From a candidate division FCPU426 bacterium (lineage in GTDB: Bacteria > Oederibacteriota > Muellerivitia > Muellerivitales > Muellerivitaceae): DNA of 64,000 nt. Location of the stretch: assembly GCA_963830915.1 (NCBI GenBank), contig CAWHOE010000045.1:14742-78741 (forward strand), written 5' to 3'. How positions within the stretch are numbered: position 1 is the stretch's first letter; every line of letters starts with the position of its first letter. The notes under the pieces were generated by a model. It saw only the letters and a list, made by a program, of their open reading frames with translations, ran no database searches and was not told where the DNA came from. Positions 41,804 to 50,787 of this stretch are shown piece by piece. The translations under genes were made by a program, and so were the position numbers.

Positions 41804-43015
41804 ATGTTGAAAGTGTGGCTCCCCTTTTTATTCCTTATCGTATCGCCGCTTTTTGGCGCGCCGGCCTATCCTTTTGTGGATCAAAACCAAATAATCGGCA
41901 TCCATGGTGATGGGACAAAAGTTATTTTTAAAACCACCCATGGAGAAAAGTTTTATGACACGGCACAAAAGACCTGGGGGTACAAGGTATATACCCCTTC
42001 TGCGGCTTCTTCGGAGGCATTCAATCCGAATACTTGGAATGACCAAGATTTTTGCTCTTCTCAATCGGATCAAGGCCCTGTCACGGCATGGAGCATGAAA
42101 GCCGTGGGAGAAAAAGCGATTACGAATTTTGAATTATCCAACTCGATTTCCGGAAAAAAATATGAAATACCATTCGAGAGTTTTTTCCATCAATTCATTA
42201 TCTTCCGGGATAACGCATGGTTTTGGGATAGGGAGACTGCCAAAATATTCCGTTTAAATTTGATATCAGGAAAAATAACAACCTATCTCACCCAACCCGG
42301 GTTTCCGGTCCAATATGCCAAAGCAGCCGGGAAACTTTATTTTTTAAACAATCGCGGCCTATTTTTTCTCGACCACAACAAGATCCAAGGCACGTCCATA
42401 AACACCGGTTCTTTCATCGGGGAATATGGGGAAATGCTGGCTATTGGAAATAAGATTTACGTTTTAAACGGTTCCATGGACGATAATCCTGATCCGGAGA
42501 AAAGAGCAAAATCCTTACTTTTTGTTTATGACATCGAAAAGGGAACGATAAGTGAAGTTCCGCTTCCGATCATTTATGCCAATCATTTGGTGAAAAAAGG
42601 TGAAACACTCATTGGGTATGGGCGAAGAATTATTGATTATTCCAGTGAGAGTGGGCCCGGCCCTTATGGTATTTCGGGGGGTGTATTCAGTTTTTCCTTA
42701 AATGACGGCACTATGAATAAATTGTCCGATTTGCCTGTGGTCATGTTGGATCCTTTGACGATGAAAGCAAAAGCGGTGTCGTTCGACGAAGGTTCTGCCC
42801 TGGAAAAAGACTTGGTTTTTTTACCGGAGAAAGGACGTTTTATCGTTTCTCATACCAGAACGATAAATTTCTCGGAAGGGAACTCTTATCAATACCGATG
42901 GGGAATGGATGGTGAGAAGGAAGAGGGACAACGAAAAGCTAACGAAATCGCAGCGGAAATCGCGGGAACTTTAGTGGAGTACCAAACCCTGTCTGAGACG
43001 GTGTCGATCAAATGA
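41804..43015 (+). CDS. Hypothetical secreted protein, beta-rich (possibly beta-propeller)
   Basis: GGAGG RBS, signal peptide, repeated short beta-strand patterns. Confidence 0.7.
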   Translation: MLKVWLPFLFLIVSPLFGAPAYPFVDQNQIIGIHGDGTKVIFKTTHGEKFYDTAQKTWGYKVYTPSAASSEAFNPNTWNDQDFCSSQSDQGPVTAWSMKAVGEKAITNFELSNSISGKKYEIPFESFFHQFIIFRDNAWFWDRETAKIFRLNLISGKITTYLTQPGFPVQYAKAAGKLYFLNNRGLFFLDHNKIQGTSINTGSFIGEYGEMLAIGNKIYVLNGSMDDNPDPEKRAKSLLFVYDIEKGTISEVPLPIIYANHLVKKGETLIGYGRRIIDYSSESGPGPYGISGGVFSFSLNDGTMNKLSDLPVVMLDPLTMKAKAVSFDEGSALEKDLVFLPEKGRFIVSHTRTINFSEGNSYQYRWGMDGEKEEGQRKANEIAAEIAGTLVEYQTLSETVSIK

Positions 43016-44463
43016 TTTGGGATTCAGAAAAAAATGATTCGCAAATTGTCCGTAATGGGAGAGCCATTTCAATGGCTAAGGGTTATCCACAAAAGGGACC
43101 GTTCCGCTTCCGCCCTTCCCATCGCGTTAAACTTTTTTTGGCCTTTTTTTGCCTTCTGACCTCGAGCGGTATAAAGTCCTGGGCGCAGGACACGCCGCCC
43201 TCCTCCTCTCCTGATGAAGTGATCGACCAGAAAAGCCAGGCGGACCTCCTGCAACAAACGGATGAGCTTTTCCAGGAAGTTTCCCGCCTGAGGGGCTTGC
43301 CCATCCTCCATCCGGTCAAGAAAGCCTTTGAGAACCGGGAATTCTTCAGGAATTACTCGCTCAACCAGCTGAATGAGGAATACCCGCCTGAGAAAAAGCG
43401 GGGGTTCGAGAAGGCCTACCAATTCTTCGGCCTGCTCCCGGCTGGCGCCGATATCATCCAGACCTTCCTGGACGCCTACATGAAAGTGGTCAGGGGCATG
43501 TACGACCCCAAAACCCAGACCCTTTACCTGGCCAATTGGGTCGATCCGGCGGACCAGGAAAAGACCCTGGTCCATGAATTGGTCCACGCTCTCCAGGACC
43601 AGACCTTCGGCCTGCAGGCCTACCTGGACAAGGGGAAGGGCGCGACCCTGGACGAGGGTTTCGCCAGGGCGGCGGTGATGGAAGGGGAAGCGGTGGCCAT
43701 CACCCTGAATTACACCTTGGAGGATAAAGGGTCTGATTTCACCCATCTGGTCAATATCGCCGATTGGACCCAACAGTCGAACATGCTCGAGGAAGAGGGC
43801 AAGAAAGCCTTCGGCAAAAGGGCCGTCCTGAACGACGTCATCGATTTTCCGTATGTTTACGGGGCGGGGTTCCTGCAAAAATACGTCAAGGTCTATGGGT
43901 GGGATGGGATGAAGTATCTTTTAGAGCACCCGCCCACCTGCACCCAGCAGATCATGCACCCGGAAAAGTTCTTTCCCAAACGCTTCCGCCCCATCCGTAT
44001 CGGCCTGGAGGACTTGTCCGCCACCTGCCTGCCTGGCACCACCAAGGTCTGGGAAAACACCTTCGGCGAATATGGCTGGTTCACCCTGCTTCGGCAATAC
44101 CTGCCCGAAACCGAGGCCAGGGAATCGGTCAAGGGGTGGAGGGGGGACCGCATCCAGGTTTATGAGACCAATAACGCTTCCCGGCTGGTCATGGCCGCCT
44201 ATCTATTGTTCGATAGCGAGGATTCGGCCAAGGACTTTTTCGCCAACTACCGCTCGCTTCTGGAGAAGAAATACGACCTGGAAGGGTCCATCCGTGATGA
44301 CGATTCCATCTCCTGGAAATCGGTGAAGGGGTTCGACGCGGAAGTTTATGTGGAGTGGTTTGGCCCCAGGGTGGTCATCGTGGAGGGAACCCCGGATGGA
44401 TATACCAGCAAGGTCCGCGCCTCGCTATGGGATATCGAGCAGGTCAAACCCGCCAGTAAGTGA
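43012..44463 (+). CDS. Secreted zincin-like (HExxH) metalloprotease-like protein
   Basis: GMYDP, LVHELVHALQDQ, EGEA, FPYVYG, QIMHPEK, GWRGDR; start may be 43072. Confidence 0.75.
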   Translation: MIWDSEKNDSQIVRNGRAISMAKGYPQKGPFRFRPSHRVKLFLAFFCLLTSSGIKSWAQDTPPSSSPDEVIDQKSQADLLQQTDELFQEVSRLRGLPILHPVKKAFENREFFRNYSLNQLNEEYPPEKKRGFEKAYQFFGLLPAGADIIQTFLDAYMKVVRGMYDPKTQTLYLANWVDPADQEKTLVHELVHALQDQTFGLQAYLDKGKGATLDEGFARAAVMEGEAVAITLNYTLEDKGSDFTHLVNIADWTQQSNMLEEEGKKAFGKRAVLNDVIDFPYVYGAGFLQKYVKVYGWDGMKYLLEHPPTCTQQIMHPEKFFPKRFRPIRIGLEDLSATCLPGTTKVWENTFGEYGWFTLLRQYLPETEARESVKGWRGDRIQVYETNNASRLVMAAYLLFDSEDSAKDFFANYRSLLEKKYDLEGSIRDDDSISWKSVKGFDAEVYVEWFGPRVVIVEGTPDGYTSKVRASLWDIEQVKPASK

Positions 44464-44497
44464 AGGTTTATTGCTTCTTGTCTATAAAAACCCCGAA

Positions 44498-44526
44498 TTG
44501 ACATATTGTATCATTACGGATACACT
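44498..44526 (+). promoter_or_regulatory. Sigma70 promoter with overlapping operator
   Basis: TTGACA-17nt-TACACT; TGTATC-N6-GATACA palindrome 44507-44524. Confidence 0.8.
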
Positions 44527-44532
44527 CGTATT

Positions 44533-44925
44533 ATGAACGTTGAATGGGTCATTAAATATTATTACACCACGACAGGCGCGATCCCATTTAAGGCGTGGAT
44601 GAGCGCTTTGGGGGACAAAACCACTGAAGATAAGATAAACGCGTACATCACTCGGCTTATGGCTGGGAATTTCAATAATTGTAAGCCGATACAAGGGGTC
44701 AAAGGGATATACGAAATCGTGATGGATTTCGGGCCGGGTTACAGGGCTTATTACGCGAGAGTTGGAAAGGTTGTCCTCCTCATCATGTGTGGGGGGCTAA
44801 AAAACAAACAAAAAGGGGATATCGAAATAGCCGTTAAATACCGGGATGACGCTCTCAAGCGTATCCAGGCGGGTGATTTCGAGGGAATAAAGCCGGAGGG
44901 AAAAGATGAAAAAGATAAAAAATGA
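44533..44925 (+). CDS. Addiction module killer protein (RelE/HigB-like toxin)
   Basis: RL..GNF...KPI..GIYE..DFGPGYRAYY..LIMCGG.K..Q..DI. Confidence 0.88.
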   Translation: MNVEWVIKYYYTTTGAIPFKAWMSALGDKTTEDKINAYITRLMAGNFNNCKPIQGVKGIYEIVMDFGPGYRAYYARVGKVVLLIMCGGLKNKQKGDIEIAVKYRDDALKRIQAGDFEGIKPEGKDEKDKK

Positions 44926-45196
44926 TTTCAAAGAAGACTTGCTCGAAAAATTGAAGGACCCGGAAAGGGCCGAAAACTATCTTTTGGAATCTTTTCGTTT
45001 AAGTTTGAAAGATGGCGACGGTTCCACATTTCAAATGGCTTTAAGAATGGTGGCGGAAGCGCGGGGCGGAGTGGGAGCATTGTCCAAAAAGGCGGGACTT
45101 CAAAGGGAGAATACCTACAGGATCCTTTCTAAAGATCGACACCCCAAATTTGATAGCATTCTAAAACTTTCCAAAGCGGTTGGATTTATTGTTTAA
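44906..45196 (+). CDS. Addiction module antidote protein (HTH antitoxin)
   Basis: ALRMVAEARGGVGALSKKAGLQRENTYRILS..PKFDS; overlaps the toxin 3' end. Confidence 0.9.
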   Translation: MKKIKNDFKEDLLEKLKDPERAENYLLESFRLSLKDGDGSTFQMALRMVAEARGGVGALSKKAGLQRENTYRILSKDRHPKFDSILKLSKAVGFIV

Positions 45197-45509
45197 GGAC
45201 ATAAGGCACAATTAGGGCCTAGACTGACCACATCTATGTTAATCGGTGGTTACCATTGTTTTGATCTGGGTGTGAATATCCAACCTATCCCATGCATGCC
45301 ACTCGTCTATTAATTAACAATATGGAGAGTGGTATAGTCCCACATTCATTTATGGTTTATGGAAATGTGGGGCATCTGTGGCAAATTTCGCTGAGCTTTT
45401 AACGGTCAAATTCCCAAGTTAATCTGTTTTCCTAAATCCCCCCCATTTTCCGCTTGGCTAAAATCGTTTGCATAAATTATCTATTTTATTGATCTTTTGA
45501 CCGGTAGTT

Positions 45510-45709
45510 CTTGAAGTCGCAATTTGCGACTTCAAGTTGTGATCCGGTCGCATATTGCTGTGCCCTGAAGGGTGCTCGAAGAGCTCTCCTTCGGGGCGAT
45601 TTTAAGTTTGAGGTCGCAAATTGCGACCTCATTCGAAACCGTAAGTTTCACCAAACTTGATATCGCAAATTGCGATATCAAGTTTGAGGTCACAATTTGC
45701 GACCTCAAA
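45510..45709. repeat. Array of four 23-33 bp palindromes, consensus TTGANRTCGCAA-W-TTGCGAYNTCAA
   Basis: Copies at 45510-45536, 45609-45631, 45653-45685 and 45683-45709. Confidence 0.9.
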
Positions 45710-45749
45710 TCAGATAAGCCGTATTAAAACATTACTATCGGAGGCCCTT

Positions 45750-47753
45750 ATGCCAGTTGCCGAGTTAGTCCGTATCCCCCTCAAGCAGATCCGTCCCAAC
45801 CCCCGCAACCCCCGCCGAATCATCCGGGAAGACATGGTCGAGGCCCGGGCGGCAAGCATGTCCGCCACCGGTCAGGCAACCCCCATCAAGGTCAGGCCCC
45901 TCACCCCCGAGGAATTGGCCCAGGAGCCGGATAAGGAAATCCGGTATGAGATCGTGGGTGGGGAGATCCGCTACCGGGGGGCCCTCAAGGCCGGGCTGAC
46001 CGAGATAGACGCCCTGGTGAGGCCCATCAGCGCCCAGGAAGCCCTGAAAGAAGCTATCCAAGACAATATCGGGTTCCAACCGACTTGGTTTGAGACCTAC
46101 CTGGCGATTGAGGATTTATTTAACGCTGAAAAGAAAGTGATGCCTAAACAAGAGATAGCTGATCTTTTTGAGGTTCAACCAGCCATGGTCAGCCGAGCAT
46201 TAAGGCTTATGCCTCTTTTAACCGATGTGTCCCGGGAACTCATTCTTGCACAATGCAAGAAATCCGAAGATTCTTGGCAAATAACAGAGCGGCCGGCCTT
46301 TCAATTAGCCGACTTAGAGGATGCTTCGGCTATCGAAAAGGCTCTCCCGGTCGTTCTGGACAGGCGGATGACGGAAGCCCAGGTGAAGGGTCTGGTAGCC
46401 CATATCCAGGGGGGAGGGGATCCGGCCCAGTTCGAGCCAAAGGCTAAGGACAGTAAGGGACGGGTTCCTTCCCAGGAACCTCACCAGCCAGTTAGACTCC
46501 ATCACTTAGTAACCCAAAAGGCTAAGGAACTCGCTGCAAGACTTGATCAAGCCCATGCGGAAGTACCGGAAGGCGGAGGGGCCGGGAAGCCTACAAGTGG
46601 GGTTCAACCTCAGGCGGCTTCGTCTAACTCCCCAAGCCAAGGGACGGCAATGAAAGGCGCGGAGGGAGCAGTTCTGGTATTCCTTGGCGTCCTGGTTCAG
46701 TTCGCAAAGGGGGTGGCCAAGTTCCTTTGGCATTCCTACTTAAAGCATGGCCACCATTACTGTAAGTTCCTGGCGAACCAGGTGGTGCCCATCTCAACCC
46801 ACTCTTCCCATTCCAGTTCTCACAACTCGCAGAGTTTAGGGCCACTGGCGAGGAACCCCATCGGGTTCACCGTCCACTGGGGTATCTACTTAATCCTGCT
46901 GGCTGTTTTCTACATAGTGACGTTGGGGGCGGTAGGGGTATTGATCCCGCCCCTAAAACCCTGGTCCGGGACCCTGTTCCACCTCTTGCTGGTTCAGATG
47001 CCCCTTTGGGTGCTGTTCCAAGCCCTGCATACGCCCTGGCTGGCCGTGGTCCTGGGGGTGGGGTTGCTTTGGTTGGTCTCCAAGCTCTTCCAACCCGGTT
47101 TTTTTGGAATGGTTCTCCTCGCGGCCCTCTTGGTTGTGGCCTATCACTTCCAAGGGTATTGGATTGGATATGTACATGAGCCAGTCATGGCGAACGGTGA
47201 GCGACCAAAGGGAGTCGAAACCGCTGCTCCGAAACCTTCTTCCGATGATACCTCTGGGATATTGGCCTCTGGCCTTCGGCCACAAGTCGAAGGCCACGAC
47301 CTGAGTGCACCAATACCTGAACAGGGTATTGGTGTCCAGGTCCCCGAAGAGCTGAAGGGAAGGGTCGCCAATGACGCCGGAATCGCCATGGCTTTCGCCG
47401 TGAACTTCTACGGGGTTACAGAGGATGTCCCCTCCGACCAGTTGAAATACATGGACGACTATACGAATGAAAATTACACCAAGGACTTTTTCAAGGAATT
47501 CTTCCCCAAGGAAAAGTTAAAGGAGATCCGGTCTCAAAAACTGAACCTGTTCTTCCAGCCTTCCAAACCCCCGAAAGTCTTGAAGCTGGACAAGGAATCG
47601 GGTGAGTATTTGGTGGAAGGGGTCGAGACGATCGTTAGCGATAAGGGCAAAACAAAGCAAATCGTATCCGAAAGACCGGTCGGCCTGATCATTGATTTTG
47701 ATGATAGACCCTCCGCGAACGGGGGCATCGTCAAAGTGACCGAGGTGAAGTAA
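45750..47753 (+). CDS. ParB/Spo0J-like N-terminal domain + HTH fused to 4-5 TM helices and a C-terminal soluble domain
   Basis: GGAGG RBS; IRPNPRNPRR, TPIKVR, YEIVGGEIRYRGA; HTH QEIADLFEVQPAMVSRALRL; hydrophobic segments in the C-terminal half. Confidence 0.82.
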   Translation: MPVAELVRIPLKQIRPNPRNPRRIIREDMVEARAASMSATGQATPIKVRPLTPEELAQEPDKEIRYEIVGGEIRYRGALKAGLTEIDALVRPISAQEALKEAIQDNIGFQPTWFETYLAIEDLFNAEKKVMPKQEIADLFEVQPAMVSRALRLMPLLTDVSRELILAQCKKSEDSWQITERPAFQLADLEDASAIEKALPVVLDRRMTEAQVKGLVAHIQGGGDPAQFEPKAKDSKGRVPSQEPHQPVRLHHLVTQKAKELAARLDQAHAEVPEGGGAGKPTSGVQPQAASSNSPSQGTAMKGAEGAVLVFLGVLVQFAKGVAKFLWHSYLKHGHHYCKFLANQVVPISTHSSHSSSHNSQSLGPLARNPIGFTVHWGIYLILLAVFYIVTLGAVGVLIPPLKPWSGTLFHLLLVQMPLWVLFQALHTPWLAVVLGVGLLWLVSKLFQPGFFGMVLLAALLVVAYHFQGYWIGYVHEPVMANGERPKGVETAAPKPSSDDTSGILASGLRPQVEGHDLSAPIPEQGIGVQVPEELKGRVANDAGIAMAFAVNFYGVTEDVPSDQLKYMDDYTNENYTKDFFKEFFPKEKLKEIRSQKLNLFFQPSKPPKVLKLDKESGEYLVEGVETIVSDKGKTKQIVSERPVGLIIDFDDRPSANGGIVKVTEVK

Positions 47754-47795
47754 AAGGTGAATTAGAACTCAAATTAGCAACAAAATCGTTGATTC

Positions 47796-47830
47796 AAAGG
47801 GACGTACGACAAGGTACGTCCCTTTTGTTT
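47796..47830 (+). terminator. Rho-independent terminator or REP-like hairpin
   Basis: aaagggacgtac-gacaag-gtacgtcccttt followed by T-rich sequence. Confidence 0.65.
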
Positions 47831-47972
47831 ATAATGGGATTTGAATTTTGGGCGAGGTTTCAATAAATGGATAATGGTAGCCAGGAACCAATTTATACGA
47901 AGCATTATGAGGCTCATTTGGAAATGTGAGGTTGTTTGATGGGAATATCAAATTGGAATTGAAGGAATAAAT

Positions 47973-48668
47973 ATGAAAATATTATTTAGATTTATTTTGA
48001 TTATGTTTTTGCCGTTGTCTGTTTATGCCGCACAGGCAAAGAATTCAGCAGAATTTTTTGGATTTCATATTCCTTATAAAAGTGCTAAATGGCAGGAAAC
48101 TTCATCACGTATTAATTTAAGAGATGGCATAACACAGGTATTTGAAAAGACATTTTGGTATAAGAATCGCAAGTTAAAAATCATGAGCAAAAAAGTAGGT
48201 CCTCTACCAGTTAAGAAAGTTTATAGCGTTCATATATTGGATGACCACACCTCAATTGGATACCACATACCTTCGAATAGAGGGATTATCACCCCGTCGG
48301 ATAGTCCGATTAATCCTTATTCTCCTTCCAACATCGTCAACGGCCCTTCCAGATATAATTTGAGAGTCGGATTGAAAAAAACGGGTGAAACTGAATTGAT
48401 AAATGGTGTGCTTTGCGATGTCTATTACTGGCCCAGTGATAATGTAAGCGTGAAGGAAGTAAAAGAATGGAGAAAACCGGATGGATTTGTAATGAAGTCA
48501 GATGTTATTTATGAAAGCAAAATAGAAGTTAAGGATGAAGTTAGAAATCTGGAAACCAACATCGAGATCCCCTCGTACACATTTGAAATTCCTACAAATG
48601 TTAAAATCGAAGATTTTGATCAACTGAAAAAAGAAGTCCTTTCTGGTAAAAAGCCGTTGCCAGATTAA
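47973..48668 (+). CDS. Hypothetical secreted protein (possibly DUF4412/LolA-like fold)
   Basis: Signal peptide; KKTGETELINGVLCDVY and FEIP motifs; AT-rich. Confidence 0.65.
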   Translation: MKILFRFILIMFLPLSVYAAQAKNSAEFFGFHIPYKSAKWQETSSRINLRDGITQVFEKTFWYKNRKLKIMSKKVGPLPVKKVYSVHILDDHTSIGYHIPSNRGIITPSDSPINPYSPSNIVNGPSRYNLRVGLKKTGETELINGVLCDVYYWPSDNVSVKEVKEWRKPDGFVMKSDVIYESKIEVKDEVRNLETNIEIPSYTFEIPTNVKIEDFDQLKKEVLSGKKPLPD

Positions 48669-48736
48669 ACAACAATTATTTTGGTAGCGCGATCAAAAAC
48701 ACTCGTTAGCTCCAATGTTTTTTGAGGGAATGGGAA

Positions 48737-49465
48737 ATGTTAATAAGGTTTTATATTCTTTTAAGCTTTGTTGTTATTGCTGCTTTGGCTAACCAATCCT
48801 TTGCATTCTGTGAATTCCCCGAACAAAGAGTCCAAACACAATTTTTGCAATGCGATGTGAGTTTTGTTGGGACCGCCATCTCCGAGAGGGATATCGTAAA
48901 AAAGGGAGAAGAAGACGTTATTGGCAAAGTTTATAAGTTTAAGGTGGAAATCGCATTTCCAGGGGCGAACGCTGAAAATCGCAAGTTTATTGAAGTTTAT
49001 GATGAGAATGACAGCGGGAGTATGGGCTTGTATGTGGGCGGTAAATTTCTGTTATTTCTTCATGGTGATATAAATGACCGATTAAGTGGCGGTTGTGGGA
49101 ATGCCATCGACTCCAAAGAACCGGCATTTGAAAAGAAAATAAATGAAGTCTACCAAGTCATAAAAAATTATAAAGCCGGAGCGAATGGGGACATCCGCGG
49201 TTTTGTTGGGACAACCGAAGCTTCGACCAAGCATCCTTTGCCAGGTGTTCATTTTATCGTGACGGGGAATGGTAAAACTTATGATGTTGTGAGTGATGAG
49301 AAGGGATGGTTTGATCTTTCGGTGCCAACCGGTCGTTACAAAATCACCTCTGTTGAAACTAATTGGACCATTAAGAAATCCTTTTATTGTTTTTATAATT
49401 TCAGCGACATGTTAATTCGGCCAGGCGGCGGCGCTGACATATCCTTTTTAGCCGAAGAAAAATAG
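48737..49465 (+). CDS. Hypothetical secreted protein, TIMP/NTR-like N-terminus + carboxypeptidase-regulatory-like domain
   Basis: Signal peptide, C...DVSFVGT..YKFKV; C-terminal PLPGV..SDEKGWF...VPTGRYKI. Confidence 0.6.
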   Translation: MLIRFYILLSFVVIAALANQSFAFCEFPEQRVQTQFLQCDVSFVGTAISERDIVKKGEEDVIGKVYKFKVEIAFPGANAENRKFIEVYDENDSGSMGLYVGGKFLLFLHGDINDRLSGGCGNAIDSKEPAFEKKINEVYQVIKNYKAGANGDIRGFVGTTEASTKHPLPGVHFIVTGNGKTYDVVSDEKGWFDLSVPTGRYKITSVETNWTIKKSFYCFYNFSDMLIRPGGGADISFLAEEK

Positions 49466-49534
49466 TTCTAATGGTGGTCAGGCGCCTTTTTACGAAGATT
49501 AAAAAATGGATAATGGTGGTTAGAAATATTTTTC

Positions 49535-50704
49535 ATGAACGAAATTAAAGAAACTATCGATACAAAATCATCTGCTTGTAGTGGGCTTAACTTCTTTTTG
49601 TTCGCCCTTGCCGCTGCTATTTTTCAACAGGGATGGGGATCGGAGCCGACTCCCTTGAACGAATCGAAACTCGATGAAGTGGCAAACTATTACTACAGAC
49701 CAGGAAAAGAAACGAATCTCCCCAGCGCTGATAAATATTATTTTCTTTCCAAGGACACTAAAACACAAATGAGTCTGGCGGAATGGGTCGAATACAAAAA
49801 GGACGATAAAGACAATTACACCTCCTCGGTTAGTGTGCTTGGCTCCAAGGATGTGGGCGGTATCCGATTCGCGGTTGTTTCCGTAGGTCTTCAAATGCCG
49901 GATGACAAAGGAAACAAAATCAAAACGATTATTTCGCACACGTGGGTTTTGGAAAATGACAAATGGCGTAATTTGAATTTACAAAAAACAAAGGTCGAAT
50001 TCGATCGGAAGTTTCGGAATGGTGACCTTGTAGGAGCGCAATCGGCAGCTGAAGAATGGTTGAAAAAAGATCCTTTTTCAATTGAAGCCTATAGCGACCT
50101 GGGCAATGTAGTCGACCGGATTGGTCCCTATGACAATCCTGTTTCTACTACCTTTTCAAAGGATGAAATTGTCCGAACCTTGCTCACGATTAATCCCGAC
50201 GATACCACCGTATTGGTATACGCCGTGTCCTGGTCTAAAACAGTCCCGGTCGCGAAAAGCTACCTGAAACAACTTGAAGGTACGAATGGCTACCAATGCG
50301 CCGCTTTTAATTTCGCTAATTCTCACCTAGATGATATGGAAATGCGATTGGAATTCCTCAAGGGTATGGCGATCACCCCCGATCTCGCTCTCCTCAAACT
50401 GCAAGCCCTCGCGTTACTATTAGATAACGGTTCGAAAAAGGTCACTCAAGCTGATTTCCAAAAGGTTGCGTCCACCGAAGGGTCTTTTGATAAACTCAAG
50501 TCCTTTCTGGACAAGTCTGATTCAGCGTTCGCAATAGATTGGGCCGATAAGCTATTCCATTTTTTTATCGACGCTAAGGACATACCTACTGCCCAAAAAT
50601 GGCGAGAATACCGGATTACTCGACGAAAAAACGACACACGCTTTAAAGCTTTCCTAAGCGAGGGACAAACCCAGGATACAGGTCATTATTTGCTTATCCC
50701 CTAA
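49535..50704 (+). CDS. Hypothetical exported protein with helical/TPR-like C-terminus
   Basis: 389-aa ORF, hydrophobic N-terminal segment, no motif recognised. Confidence 0.6.
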   Translation: MNEIKETIDTKSSACSGLNFFLFALAAAIFQQGWGSEPTPLNESKLDEVANYYYRPGKETNLPSADKYYFLSKDTKTQMSLAEWVEYKKDDKDNYTSSVSVLGSKDVGGIRFAVVSVGLQMPDDKGNKIKTIISHTWVLENDKWRNLNLQKTKVEFDRKFRNGDLVGAQSAAEEWLKKDPFSIEAYSDLGNVVDRIGPYDNPVSTTFSKDEIVRTLLTINPDDTTVLVYAVSWSKTVPVAKSYLKQLEGTNGYQCAAFNFANSHLDDMEMRLEFLKGMAITPDLALLKLQALALLLDNGSKKVTQADFQKVASTEGSFDKLKSFLDKSDSAFAIDWADKLFHFFIDAKDIPTAQKWREYRITRRKNDTRFKAFLSEGQTQDTGHYLLIP

Positions 50705-50787
50705 TTTCTGGGGCCCGGGACCTAGATAAGGGCAGAGGGGTATAATGAAATGGATAATTTGCTTATCGATATGAAAGGCGGCTCAAA

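Noticed and set aside
45510..45709. CRISPR array
   Set aside because: Repeats are fully palindromic and vary in sequence, gaps are irregular (72 nt, 21 nt, overlapping) and there are no cas genes
45657..45749. ORF-track start of the ParB fusion at TTG 45657
   Set aside because: It lies within palindrome 3 with no RBS; GGAGG-5nt-ATG 45750 fits the ParB domain start
48669..49534. Integron attC sites or tRNA 3' end (att) remnants between orphan genes
   Set aside because: GTTAG and TGGT(A/G)G words are present, but there is no attC-like internal pairing, no T-arm sequence and no integrase
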